From positions 320,001 through 384,000 of the forward strand of contig CAXXVD010000001.1 in assembly GCA_963662335.2 (NCBI GenBank): DNA of 64,000 nt, in the 5' to 3' direction. The notes under the pieces were generated by a model. The model was not told where the DNA came from. It saw only the letters and a program-made list of their open reading frames with translations, and ran no database searches. The stretch is from Chloroflexota bacterium (GTDB lineage Bacteria; Chloroflexota; UBA11872; VXOZ01). Each line of letters begins with the position of its first letter. Positions within the stretch are counted from its first letter, which is position 1. Positions 20,215-30,213 of the stretch are shown here, one piece after another. The position numbers and the translations under genes were made by a program.

Positions 20215-20949
20215 TTGATTCGCGGAATTGTCTTCGACCTGGACGGCACGCTCCTGGACCACGATGGCTCCGAGTATACGGCGCTTGCCAAGCTCTACCC
20301 CACGCTCAGCGACGGCGAGGGTGATTCACAGCGGTGGCTTGCCTTTCCGGACTTTGCCGCCGCGTGGCATGAGGCCGCGGAGCGCGGCTGGCAACGCTAC
20401 GTGGAGGGTGAATTGTCTTTTGAAGAGCAGCGGACGTGGCGGGTGCGGCAGGTGATGGCGCTGCGGGATGAAACCGGCGCCGAGCGTCAGCCGCCCACCG
20501 AGCAAGAGGTGTGCGGCATTTTCGATCGCTACCTCACGTTGTATGAGGAAAGCTGGACGCTCTATCCCGACGCGCTGCCCTGCCTTCAGGCGCTCTCGGC
20601 ATATCCGCTGGGCATGATTACAAACGGCGACGGCGACCAGCAACGGCGGAAACTCGCGCATACGGGGATTGCGGGTCTCTTCACGTCCGTCGTGGTTTCC
20701 GGTGACGTCGGCGCGGCCAAGCCGCAGCGGGAGATCTTCGACCGCAGCGCCGCGGAAATGAACCTGCCACCACGCGAGTTGCTCTTCATCGGCGACAATC
20801 CGCAGGCCGACATGCGCGGCGCGTTGCAAGCCGGTTGGCACGCCATCTGGCTGAACCGCGCGGGCGCTGCGCAGGAGGTTGCGGCCACTACCGTCACGAG
20901 CCTCGCGGAAGCGCCGCCGCTCGTAGCGGGCGGCGACGTTGGACGGTGA
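20215..20949 (+). CDS. HAD-family hydrolase
   Basis: FDLDGTL, ITNG, KP, IGDN..AD motifs. Confidence 0.9.
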   Translation: MIRGIVFDLDGTLLDHDGSEYTALAKLYPTLSDGEGDSQRWLAFPDFAAAWHEAAERGWQRYVEGELSFEEQRTWRVRQVMALRDETGAERQPPTEQEVCGIFDRYLTLYEESWTLYPDALPCLQALSAYPLGMITNGDGDQQRRKLAHTGIAGLFTSVVVSGDVGAAKPQREIFDRSAAEMNLPPRELLFIGDNPQADMRGALQAGWHAIWLNRAGAAQEVAATTVTSLAEAPPLVAGGDVGR

Positions 20950-21142
20950 TAGTCTTCCGGCCCTCAGCCACGCCGCGCGTCCACGTTGCCAATGTCATTC
21001 CGAACGGAGCGCAGCGCAGTGAGGAATCTAGTGTAAGGCGCGGACTGGACCAGGTGCGGGATGAATCCCAGATTCCTCGCTGCGCTCGGAATGACATCTA
21101 GGACAGAGTCCGTCGCCCCACCTCCATGGAAGAGGCACGTCA

Positions 21143-22138
21143 ATGATCCGCTGCTACATCGGCCATAGCAAAGGCTCCGTCGAGGCTGAAATCGCGCAAC
21201 TGGCGGCGGCGGGAGAGGCGATCGACGATCTCAACCGCGTCGTGCTGGACGGCGATGAAGTCGAACTGGAAACTCTGCAAGCGCATTGCGACACCTTGCC
21301 GTTCCTGGGCGGCGGCAAGCTCGTCATCGTGCGCGGCCTCTTGAACCGCTGCCTCAAGGAGAAGCCGTTGCGCGAGGGGCTGCTGGCGTACCTGCCGGGT
21401 CTGCCGGCGCACTGCACGCTGGTGTTGCAGGATAACGCCCTGCCCCGCGGGCGCGAAACTACGGCGCTCACCAAAGCGCTGCGCGGGCTGCCGGGCGCAA
21501 CGGTGGACGTGGCCGACCAACGCCGCGGCCGGCCGCAAGTGACGTGGGTCGTCGAAAACGCGCCCCGCTTCGGCTGCGGCATCAGCCACCGCGCGGCGGA
21601 ACACCTGGCGGCGGTGCTGCCCGACCGGGATACCATCGAGCAAGAACTGATCAAGTTGGCGAATTACCGCAACCGCACCGGAACCATCAGTGAGGAGGAC
21701 GTGCATCTGCTGGTGCCGCAGTCGCGGGAAGCGCACATCTTCGCCTTTGCCGACGCCGTCTCCGACGGCCGCCGCCAGCAGGCGCTGACGCTGCTGCACG
21801 ACCTGCCCAACCAGGAGCCCGGCTACGTGCTGGCCATGATTGCCCGCCAGTTCCGCCTGGTGCTGAAGGCGAAACACGCTTTGCGCAGCCAGCAGTCTCC
21901 CCAGGAAATAGCCCGCGCGGTTGGCCTCACCCGGGCGCCGACCCACGCCGTCAACCGCGTCATCTCCCAGGCGCGCCGCTTCAGCGTCGACCAACTGGCG
22001 GCCATCCACGCCCACGTCGCCCGCACCGACTTCGCCATCAAACGCAGCCGCATGGACCCGGCCACGGCGCTGGACCTGCTGGTAATCGGGTTGTGCTCCA
22101 TTGCCAGCAGCCCGCGCGGCGGGCCGCGCCGGCGATAG
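21143..22138 (+). CDS. holA: DNA polymerase III delta subunit
   Basis: TLPFLGG.KLVIV, QEL.KL..Y, IF...DA, D..IK motifs; convergent with rpsT. Confidence 0.85.
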   Translation: MIRCYIGHSKGSVEAEIAQLAAAGEAIDDLNRVVLDGDEVELETLQAHCDTLPFLGGGKLVIVRGLLNRCLKEKPLREGLLAYLPGLPAHCTLVLQDNALPRGRETTALTKALRGLPGATVDVADQRRGRPQVTWVVENAPRFGCGISHRAAEHLAAVLPDRDTIEQELIKLANYRNRTGTISEEDVHLLVPQSREAHIFAFADAVSDGRRQQALTLLHDLPNQEPGYVLAMIARQFRLVLKAKHALRSQQSPQEIARAVGLTRAPTHAVNRVISQARRFSVDQLAAIHAHVARTDFAIKRSRMDPATALDLLVIGLCSIASSPRGGPRRR

Positions 22139-22210
22139 CCTGTGCGCCGGACCGCGCCTGGCGCGACGGCGTGAACGCGGCGCCTGGCAAACCGGACGGC
22201 GTAGACACAA

Positions 22211-22251
22211 CAAACCTCGCGCTTCCCGCAAGGCGGAAGGCGCGAGGTTTG
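22211..22251. terminator. Terminator between holA and rpsT
   Basis: caaacctcgcg..ttcc / ggaa..cgcgaggtttg hairpin. Confidence 0.7.
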
Positions 22252-22287
22252 AATCCCGCTGACTATTGCGAACTGCGCCCAACCCGG

Positions 22288-22563
22288 CTAGCCGGCCGCG
22301 CTAAACGCCTGGTTGTACCGGCGCGCCAGTTGCGACTTGTGCCTGGCGGCGTTGTTGGTGTGGATGATGCCCTTGCGCGCGGCGCGGTCGTAGCGGGCGC
22401 ACGCCAGCGCCACCGCTTCCTGCGCGGTTTCCTGGTCGCCGTCCGTGATGGCGTCCGTTGCTTTGCGGCTAAAGGTCTTCAGGCTGCTGCGCACGGAACG
22501 GTTGCGCAAACGCCGCCGCTCCTGGCGGCGGACGCGCTTCAAATCGGCTCGTTTCTTGGGCAA
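22288..22563 (-). CDS. rpsT: 30S ribosomal protein S20
   Basis: KR.RRQ..RRRLRNRS..S.LKT, D.AARKGIIH.NNAAR.KS.L. Confidence 0.95.
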   Translation of the reverse strand: MPKKRADLKRVRRQERRRLRNRSVRSSLKTFSRKATDAITDGDQETAQEAVALACARYDRAARKGIIHTNNAARHKSQLARRYNQAFSAAG

Positions 22564-22722
22564 TGTCTTGTGTCTCCTCGGCTCTCTACACCACGTCGTG
22601 ACGACATAGTACGCATATTTTGCCCATTATACCAACTTCTGAAGCGCCGCGCCCACATCCGCGCCAGCGCCAGTCGCCAGCGTATCCAGGCCGCCAACCC
22701 TATGCCGCCGCCAACTGCCGCC

Positions 22723-23025
22723 TTAGCTCTCGGCCTCGTCCGCGCTCTCTTGCCGGTAGAGTTGCGTTGCCGTGTCGCGGCAGGTGGCCGTGCGCAACAC
22801 CGCGTCGCGGGAAACGTTGGTCAAGCTGGCCCAGCGTCCCCAATTTGGCTGGCCCTTGGCCGCGTTGCCCTGCTCCCGCGCCAGTTTGTGCAGCACGGCG
22901 GTCGCGCGGTTGGCGACATTTGAGAGCATCATCGCCGCCGCGGCCGGCGGCAGGTCCGCGGCAAGACCCTTGAGCAGCGCGTCTACTTCCCTTGGCACGG
23001 CGCGCGGCTTTACCTCTATGTCCAT
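22723..23025 (-). CDS. Hypothetical helical protein
   Basis: 100-aa ORF with RBS aagga. Confidence 0.6.
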   Translation of the reverse strand: MDIEVKPRAVPREVDALLKGLAADLPPAAAAMMLSNVANRATAVLHKLAREQGNAAKGQPNWGRWASLTNVSRDAVLRTATCRDTATQLYRQESADEAES

Positions 23026-23204
23026 CGTCCTTTACTCCTCGACTACGATTGGCCGGCAACCCGTTCAGATTCCTCGCTGCGCTCGGAATGACACCGGAGA
23101 ATTCTTCTCTACGAAAAGTGCATCGCGGTACATGAACCAGTATAGTACGTGCAGGGCGCGCGCACACCGCGAACGACGCGGCGAGAGAAAGGCCACCGCC
23201 AGCC

Positions 23205-24485
23205 ATGGGCACGGAAGGACAACCGGAGAGCGCCGCCGCGGCCCCGCAGGCCGGGCCGGTCGCGCGCGCCGAGCGCATCCAGGTCATCGACGTCCTGCGC
23301 GGCTTTGCGCTGCTGGGCATTCTGCTGGTCAACATGGAGTTGTTCAGCAATCCCGTGCAGCAGGCCATATTCGGCCTCAAGGAGTGGAGCGGCGTCGATC
23401 GTCTCGCCGTCTGGGGCATTCGCTTTCTGGCCGAAGGCAAGTTCTACTCGCTCTTCTCGCTGCTCTTCGGCATCGGGTTCGCGCTCCAGATACAGCGCGC
23501 CGAGACCCGGGGCACGACGTTCGTGCCGTTCTATCTGCGCCGCCTGGGAATCCTCCTGCTCATCGGCCTGGCCCACGCAATCTTCATCTGGACCGGCGAC
23601 ATTCTGGTGCTCTACGCCCTCGTTGGCGCCATTCTGCTGCTCCTGTTCCGCCGCCGCTCGCCGCGCACGCTGCTGATATGGGCCGGCGTCATGCTCGCGG
23701 TGACCATTCTCATCAACGCCGCGCTTACCGGTCTCGTGGCGCTTGCCCAGCTTTCGCCCGAGGCCGCGGCGGAACTGAGCCGGGAGTTTGCCCAAACGGA
23801 GGCCAATCTGCGCGCCGACGCGGCGCACGCCGGCCAGGTCTTCGCCTCCGGGTCATTTGCCGAGATCACCGCGCAACGCCTGAGCGACCTCGCGTTTGTG
23901 TACCAGTTTGCCGCTTTCCTGGCCTTTAATGTCCTCGCCATGTTCTTGCTGGGCCTCTACATTGGGCGCAAGGGCATCCTGCGGGACATTCCCGGCCACC
24001 TGCCGCTCTTCCGCAGAATCCTGCTATGGGGACTGCCGCTTGGCATCGTTGGCAACCTGGTGTACGTCGCCTTCATCGAAGGCGCGAGCCGCAGCGAGCC
24101 CGAGTGGCAGAGCCTTATCGCCGTCGTCGGCCAGACCCTCGGCGCGCCGGCCCTCGCCCTCAGCTATGCGGCGGCAATCATCCTGCTTGTCCAACACGAC
24201 ACGTGGCACGCCAGGCTCGCGCCGCTGGCCGCGGTCGGGCGCATGGCCTTGAGCAACTACCTCTTGCAGTCGCTGGTGGCCACCACGCTCTTCTACGGCT
24301 ACGGGTTCGGCCTCTTTGGAAAGGTCGGCCCGGCGCTCGGCATCCTCATCACCCTTGCCATCTTCGGCGCGCAGATACCGCTGAGCGTCTGGTGGATGGG
24401 CAGATTCCAGTTCGGGCCGGTGGAGTGGCTCTGGCGCACCTTGACCTACCTGCGCCCGCAGCCCTTCCGCCTGCCGCGCGCATGA
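23205..24485 (+). CDS. DUF418 (YeiB-like) membrane protein
   Basis: RI..IDVLRGFALLGILLVN, KFYSLFSLLFG, GRMALSNYLLQS, GPVEWLWR. Confidence 0.9.
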   Translation: MGTEGQPESAAAAPQAGPVARAERIQVIDVLRGFALLGILLVNMELFSNPVQQAIFGLKEWSGVDRLAVWGIRFLAEGKFYSLFSLLFGIGFALQIQRAETRGTTFVPFYLRRLGILLLIGLAHAIFIWTGDILVLYALVGAILLLLFRRRSPRTLLIWAGVMLAVTILINAALTGLVALAQLSPEAAAELSREFAQTEANLRADAAHAGQVFASGSFAEITAQRLSDLAFVYQFAAFLAFNVLAMFLLGLYIGRKGILRDIPGHLPLFRRILLWGLPLGIVGNLVYVAFIEGASRSEPEWQSLIAVVGQTLGAPALALSYAAAIILLVQHDTWHARLAPLAAVGRMALSNYLLQSLVATTLFYGYGFGLFGKVGPALGILITLAIFGAQIPLSVWWMGRFQFGPVEWLWRTLTYLRPQPFRLPRA

Positions 24486-24570
24486 GGCAACGTGCCAATG
24501 CACCGCCAATGGTTATATAATCGCACGTAGTTCACCTTCACACCCGGCACGCCATTTGGGAGGAACACCC

Positions 24571-25446
24571 GTGGTCATAGACGCCCATCATCACCTCGGC
24601 CAGGAAGCCGACTACGCCGACAAACTCATCGACACCATGGCCAAGCTCGGCGTTGACAAGACGGTCCTGCTCGCTACGAGCACCAGCGGGCCCGGCAGCA
24701 GCAACGAGCAAATCGAGAAAGCCATCCACAAGCACCCCGAAGAGCTGATAGGCTTCGGCTGGGTGGACCCGGCGCTGGACGCCAATGCCGTAGACACCGT
24801 GCAGCAACTCCATGACAACGGCTTCAAAGGCCTGAAGTTCATCAAGACGCGCAAGGCCTACGACGACCGCTCGTACATTCCCACCTACCAGAAGGCTGCC
24901 GACCTGGAGATGCCTATTCTCTTCCACCAGGGCATTGTGGCGCGCCATGCCGACGACATCGCCAACGACGTGCACTCCGGCCGCATGATGCCGGTGCATC
25001 TCGATTACATCGCGCGCCAAGTGCCCGAACTCGTCATGATCGGCGCGCACCTGGGCAATCCCTGGTGGTACGAGGGCGGCATGGTGCTGCGCTGGAATCC
25101 CAATCTCTACATGGACATCACCGGCTCGACCCTGAAGATGCTGGCGCCCGAGGATGTGGGCAAGATTCTCTGGTGGCGGCGCGACAGCCAGTACCGGGAT
25201 CCGTGGGGACGCGACGCCTGGGAAAAGATCGTCTTCGGCACCGACGTGCCCTACTTCCTGATGGAAGACGTGATGAACGACTACCGCAACTGCATGGACC
25301 TGCTCGGCGTGCCGCCGGACATCCAAAAGGGCGTGTGGGGCGATACGATGGAAAAGATCCTTACCTACGAGCTTTCTGAAAAACACCGTCCGTTCGACGA
25401 CCAGGGCGGCCACTACCCGCACGCGATTCCGCAGGACGACAAGTAA
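24571..25446 (+). CDS. Amidohydrolase family 2 protein
   Basis: IDAHHH, LFHQG, GAHLG, FGTD.P. Confidence 0.85.
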   Translation: MVIDAHHHLGQEADYADKLIDTMAKLGVDKTVLLATSTSGPGSSNEQIEKAIHKHPEELIGFGWVDPALDANAVDTVQQLHDNGFKGLKFIKTRKAYDDRSYIPTYQKAADLEMPILFHQGIVARHADDIANDVHSGRMMPVHLDYIARQVPELVMIGAHLGNPWWYEGGMVLRWNPNLYMDITGSTLKMLAPEDVGKILWWRRDSQYRDPWGRDAWEKIVFGTDVPYFLMEDVMNDYRNCMDLLGVPPDIQKGVWGDTMEKILTYELSEKHRPFDDQGGHYPHAIPQDDK

Positions 25447-25482
25447 CGACCCGGCGCGTGGACGCCGCCTCCGTTAGCAAAT

Positions 25483-25718
25483 CGTAGCGCGGGGGCTTGT
25501 CCCTATTGGTGTCGCATTGACGTAGCGCGGGTGCCTGTTCCCCGCCGACATGCGACCATAACGGCAACCCGGAGCGCGAGGGCTTGCCGCCATGCCGCCG
25601 GTTCTGCGTAGCGCGGGGGCTTGTCCCCCGCCGACATGCGACCATAACGGCAACCCGGAGCGCGAGGGCTTGCCGCCATGCCGCCGATTCTGCGTAGCGC
25701 GGGGGCTTGTCCCCCGCT
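25483..25718 (+). repeat. REP family B cluster with an 86-bp tandem duplication and a solo MITE end
   Basis: cgtagcgcggg starts at 25521, 25607 and 25693; tattggtgtcgcattga at 25504. Confidence 0.85.
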
Positions 25719-25848
25719 TCCTCGTGTCGGGGCGGCAACGTACACCATCAACTCCGTTCACGCTTCGACAGGCTCAGCGCGAACGGGATTCGTGGACACG
25801 AACGGGTGTTGGATACGAACGGAATTGGAAAAACAGAGGAGTTGAAAC

Positions 25849-26736
25849 ATGGAGATGCGCACACTGGGCCAGACCGACATGGTGGTAAGCTGGCTGGGCT
25901 TTGGCGCGGCGCGCATCGCCACCGACGCCGGCGCGCCCGCCCAGGCCGCAAAGCTGCTCAACGCCCTGCTGGACAGCGGCGTCAACTACATCGACACCGC
26001 GGAGTGCTACGGGGAGAGCGAAGCAACCCTCGGCACGCACATCAGCCACCGCCGGAGCGATTTCTTGCTCGCCACCAAGTGCGGCCACGCCGACGGTGAA
26101 ATGACCGCGCCGGATTGGACCGCCGCGGCCGTTACGCAGTCCATAGACCGCTCGCTGCGCCGCATGCAGACCGACTATCTCGACCTGGTGCACCTGCACA
26201 CCTGCGAGGTGGACGTGCTCCGCCAAGGGGACGTGGTGCGCGCCCTCCAAGAGGCCCAGCAGGCCGGCAAGACCCGCTACATCGGCTACAGCGGTGACAA
26301 CGAGGCGGCCCTGGAAGCCATCGGCATGGGGGTGTTCGCCACCCTGTTGACCTCGTTCAATGTGGTGGACCAGCGCGCGCTCGATGCAGTCTTGCCCGCG
26401 GCGGAAGCGGCCGGCATGGGCATCATCGCCAAGCGCCCCATCGCCAACGCGGCCTTCAACCGGCCCGCCTCGCCCTACGACTACGCCGACGCGTACTGGC
26501 AGCGCGCGCAACTCTTCACCACGCCTGCGGGCGCGCCCACCGACGGCGTGGCGCTGGCGCTGCGCTTCTGCCGCTCGTTCGACTACATCGACACGGCGAT
26601 TGTCGGCATCGACAGCCTGGCGCAACTGGCCGCCAACCTGCGCGACGAGGCGGCGGGACCGCTGCCGCCGGCCGCGCTCGCTTCCCTGCGGGAGCAATTC
26701 CAAACGCACGGCCAAGACTGGCCGCAGTTACTCTAA
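25849..26736 (+). CDS. Aldo/keto reductase
   Basis: GVNYIDTA..YG.SE, ATK, SL.R.QTDYLDL..LH, GK.RYIG.S. Confidence 0.9.
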   Translation: MEMRTLGQTDMVVSWLGFGAARIATDAGAPAQAAKLLNALLDSGVNYIDTAECYGESEATLGTHISHRRSDFLLATKCGHADGEMTAPDWTAAAVTQSIDRSLRRMQTDYLDLVHLHTCEVDVLRQGDVVRALQEAQQAGKTRYIGYSGDNEAALEAIGMGVFATLLTSFNVVDQRALDAVLPAAEAAGMGIIAKRPIANAAFNRPASPYDYADAYWQRAQLFTTPAGAPTDGVALALRFCRSFDYIDTAIVGIDSLAQLAANLRDEAAGPLPPAALASLREQFQTHGQDWPQLL

Positions 26737-28046
26737 TCCGGCCGCACGCGGCCGGCGGCGTCCAAGCCCTGCCGGCCGGGGAAAGTGTCGCGCCGCAAGC
26801 CGAAGTACCAGAAGAAGAGCGCGGCGCTGACGGCGGTAAGCGCCGCGCTGGCCAGGAAGAAACTCTGGTAGCCGTAGACGCCGACCAGGTAGCCGCCGGC
26901 GAAACCCATCGTGCCCCAGCCAATGCCGGCCACCATGTTGGCCACGCCCGCGGCCGCCTCTCGCCAGCGCGCCGGCACCACCTCCATGGTGTGGCGCAGG
27001 CTGCACGGGCGTTGGATGTACGTGAAGCTGACCAGTCCCGCGTAGCCCACGGCCGCGCCGGCCCAATGCGGCAGCAACGCGAACGCCGCCGTGCTCACCG
27101 CCATGCCGAGACTCGCCCAGACGATGACGGGTTCCAGTCCCCACCGCCGGGCGAAATAGGGCGAAAGCAGCGCGGCAAATCCGCCCACAAGCTGGCCGCA
27201 CGCGGCCAACATGCCGATCTGCGCCGTGGGCATGGCGAGGATTTCGTCCAGATAGACGTTGAAGAAGGTGCGCTGCGCGCCTTCGGACGCGATGCGCAGC
27301 ATGATGACCAGGCCCATCATCGCAATGATGAGCGCCGGCAGGCCCGCTGATGATCTGCTTGTGCGCGACGGCGGCTCCTGGTCTGCCGCGCGCGTCGCCG
27401 TCGCGGCGGTAGTGGACAAGGCGACAACACCGGCCAGCATCGCGAACGCCGCCGCCAGCAAGGCCAGCGCGTAGGAGGCCGTGTCCGTGATGGGCAAGAG
27501 GCCGGCCAGCGTGCCCGGCAGAAAGCCGCCGGCCAATGCGCCGACGAAAGCGGCAATTGGGCTCATGCCTACCCGCAGGGAGTAGAGGTACATGCGTTCG
27601 CGGGGCGTCGTCGATTGCAGCATGAAGGGATTGCTGTTTACGAAGTAGGCGTCCAGCCCCATCGAGGTGACCGTGTAGGCCGCCGCGATCCAGGCCACCT
27701 GCGCGTTGCCGGCGAGAAACTGCGCGGCGGGCAGCAAGCCCATGCCCAACGCCGCGAGCATGAATCCCACTTGCAGCATCCGCCGCGTGCCAAAGCGCGC
27801 CCCCAAGGCCCCGGCCGGCAGGCTGAACAGCGCGTACGCCACGAAGCCCAAGCCGTTGACCAGGCCGACGACCGTGGGGCCGTAGCCCAACCGCAGTAGG
27901 TAGAGATTGAGGAGCACGGCGTAGATGCCGAAATAGGCGAACCCGAGCAACAGCGCGCTGAGAATGAAGATGCGCACGTTGCGGTTGAAGAGCCGCAACG
28001 CCTGCAAGTATCCGGTCGCCGCCGCCATGTCCTGGGACGCCTGCAC
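26733..28046 (-). CDS. MFS transporter
   Basis: About 12 hydrophobic segments; G.L..RFG.RR motif A. Confidence 0.85.
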   Translation of the reverse strand: MQASQDMAAATGYLQALRLFNRNVRIFILSALLLGFAYFGIYAVLLNLYLLRLGYGPTVVGLVNGLGFVAYALFSLPAGALGARFGTRRMLQVGFMLAALGMGLLPAAQFLAGNAQVAWIAAAYTVTSMGLDAYFVNSNPFMLQSTTPRERMYLYSLRVGMSPIAAFVGALAGGFLPGTLAGLLPITDTASYALALLAAAFAMLAGVVALSTTAATATRAADQEPPSRTSRSSAGLPALIIAMMGLVIMLRIASEGAQRTFFNVYLDEILAMPTAQIGMLAACGQLVGGFAALLSPYFARRWGLEPVIVWASLGMAVSTAAFALLPHWAGAAVGYAGLVSFTYIQRPCSLRHTMEVVPARWREAAAGVANMVAGIGWGTMGFAGGYLVGVYGYQSFFLASAALTAVSAALFFWYFGLRRDTFPGRQGLDAAGRVRPD

Positions 28047-28400
28047 GAGAGGCTCCGCTCCCTATAAAACGAAAGCGCGCCGCCTGAGACGGCGCGCGCC
28101 TACCCTGCGCAAAGAGTATGGTACCACGCCCGCGCGCCGCGCCGCCCCGCCAACCGTAGCGCGGGGATTGCCTCCCGCCGCTTCACCCCGTAGCGCGGGG
28201 CTTGTCCCCTAATGGTGTCGCATTAACGTAGCGCGGGGGCTTGTCCCCCGCCGCCTTGCGCCCGCACTGCCGCCATGACCTTGAACGGTCACGGCGAAGG
28301 CGCATACCCGCTCAATTGGGCAAATCTTCCTGCCCGGCACTCGTTTGGCTTACACTGTCACTAAGAGGACGTTCAACGCACGCGCAGAGAGGCAGCAGCC

Positions 28401-28622
28401 ATGGAACAACTGGGATTCATCGTCATCGTCGGGGTCTTGGTCGTCGGCGCGTGGTACATCATCCCCCGCGTCTTCCCCCATCCGCAGATGGTCTGCACCC
28501 GCTGCGAGGGCACCGGCGCGGTGGACGAAAAGTGGCCGAACCCCGACGAACCGAGCGGCTGGCACGAACTCAAGGGCGAGTGCCCCAAGTGCGACGGCAA
28601 GGGCAAGGTGCGCGCCGCCTGA
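28401..28622 (+). CDS. Small TM-anchored DnaJ-type zinc-finger protein
   Basis: N-terminal TM, then CTRCEGTG and CPKCDGKG. Confidence 0.75.
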   Translation: MEQLGFIVIVGVLVVGAWYIIPRVFPHPQMVCTRCEGTGAVDEKWPNPDEPSGWHELKGECPKCDGKGKVRAA

Positions 28623-28638
28623 CGCGGCCCACGCGCCC

Positions 28639-29595
28639 ATGTACCTCATACCGATCGACGCCGCGCCGGAAGAAGGCGAGCGGCGGCGGCAACCGCTCGT
28701 CACCGTCGCGCTGGTCGCCCTCAACGTCGCCATGTTCGTGGCGGCGCACAGCCTCGGCTGGAGCGCGCGGGAGTACGGCTTACAGCCGGCCGCGCTCTGG
28801 GCCGGGGACGTCGCCCAACTCCGCAACCTCCTGCTCGCCGCCTTTCTCCACTTCGGCCCGTTGCACCTGGCCGGCAACATGCTCTTTCTCTGGGTCTTTG
28901 GCGGCAACGTCGAGGACGAGATGGGGCGCTGGGGATTTGCCGTTTTCTACCTGGCGTGCGGCATTGGCGCGGGCATTGTCGAGTCCGCCCTCTTTGCCGC
29001 CGAGATGATCCCCCGCATCGGCGCCAGCGGCGCGATCGCCGGTGTGCTCGGCGCGTACTTGGTGCTCTTCCCGCTCTCCGCGATCGGCATCCTGCCGCTC
29101 CACATGCTCCCCTTCTGGGCGCTGGGCCGCCTGACCGGGGATCCAGAGACGCGCCCGCCCACGTTCGACGTCTCGGCCATCATCGTCATTGGCGTCTGGC
29201 TGGCGCTGCAAGTGATGGGCTCGCTGGGATCGGCCGTCGGCCAAGGCGGCGGCATTGCCTACACGGCGCACCTGGGCGGGTTTGCCATTGGCTTCGCGAT
29301 CGTCCAGGTCTTGCGCCGCGGCTTTGGCTTCGCGCCCGACGCGGACGACGGCGAACCCGCGATTATGCGCAGCGCCGGCTATGAGGTCATCGTTGCCAGG
29401 CGCCCGTTGCCCGCCGGACACACCCTCGCTCCCGGCGACGTAGAGCCCTACGTGTGGCGGCACGCCCTGCCGGCCGGACACTTCACGCCGGATGAAGCGC
29501 CGCGCCTCTACGGCAAGCGCCTGCGGCGCACGCGCTACCGCTATCAGGCCATACTGCGGGAAGACCTGGCGGAGGAGGAATCCTCTTCAGAGTAG
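28639..29595 (+). CDS. Rhomboid intramembrane serine protease with a SAF-like C-terminus
   Basis: FLH....HL.GNM.FL..FG..VE, GASGAI, AHLGG; tail VARRPLPAGHTL..GDV...LYGKRL. Confidence 0.85.
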   Translation: MYLIPIDAAPEEGERRRQPLVTVALVALNVAMFVAAHSLGWSAREYGLQPAALWAGDVAQLRNLLLAAFLHFGPLHLAGNMLFLWVFGGNVEDEMGRWGFAVFYLACGIGAGIVESALFAAEMIPRIGASGAIAGVLGAYLVLFPLSAIGILPLHMLPFWALGRLTGDPETRPPTFDVSAIIVIGVWLALQVMGSLGSAVGQGGGIAYTAHLGGFAIGFAIVQVLRRGFGFAPDADDGEPAIMRSAGYEVIVARRPLPAGHTLAPGDVEPYVWRHALPAGHFTPDEAPRLYGKRLRRTRYRYQAILREDLAEEESSSE

Positions 29596-29652
29596 TCACC
29601 ATTGCCGCGCGGCGGCCACTCAGGGGCATGGAAGTGTGTGATGGCCGTCTGA

Positions 29653-29725
29653 CCGTCATTCCCGCGCACGCAGGAATCCATCTTCGCCTCGCACCCTGTG
29701 GATTCCCGCTTTCGCGGGAATGACG
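29653..29725. repeat. REP family D pair (gtcattcccgcg.a.gc.ggaatcc)
   Basis: Also at 15841-15870, 16775-16801, 40880-40940 and flanking the IS30. Confidence 0.85.
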
Positions 29726-29760
29726 GAGCCGGCCGCGCGACGGCCACCCAGCGGCAGCGC

Positions 29761-30207
29761 TCACTTAGGCGGCAACTTGACGATCGCGAACCAGAAGTCC
29801 TCCAGCGACTGCACCACCGTTGAGAACTGCTCCAGGCCGACCGGCTTCGTGATGTAGCAGTTCGCGTGCAGTTGGTAGCTCTTCAGGATGTCTTCATCCT
29901 GCGACGACGTGGTGAGCACGGCTACCGGAATCGTCTTCAAATCCGGATCCTCTTTGATCTCCGCCAGCACCTCGCGCCCGTCCATGCGGGGCATGTTGAG
30001 GTCGAGCAGGATGAGGTCCGGGCGGGGCGCGCCCGGGTATGCGCCCTCTCTGCGCAAGAACGCCAGCGCCTCCACCCCATCGCCAACCACGTGCAGGTTC
30101 GTCTGAATCTTGCTGCCCAGCAGCGTCTCCTGGGTAAGGAGCACGTCGCCCGGATCATCTTCTACCAGCAGGACTTCCACCGGCTTGGCCGTGGGGTGCA
30201 CTTGCAT
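29761..30207 (-). CDS. Single-domain response regulator (Rcp1-like)
   Basis: [36 protein letters not shown]. Confidence 0.9.
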   Translation of the reverse strand: MQVHPTAKPVEVLLVEDDPGDVLLTQETLLGSKIQTNLHVVGDGVEALAFLRREGAYPGAPRPDLILLDLNMPRMDGREVLAEIKEDPDLKTIPVAVLTTSSQDEDILKSYQLHANCYITKPVGLEQFSTVVQSLEDFWFAIVKLPPK

Positions 30208-30213
30208 CTGCCG

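Noticed and set aside
28345-28638. N-terminal extension of the rhomboid ORF
   Set aside because: It overlaps the zinc-finger gene in another frame; ATG 28639 is the better start
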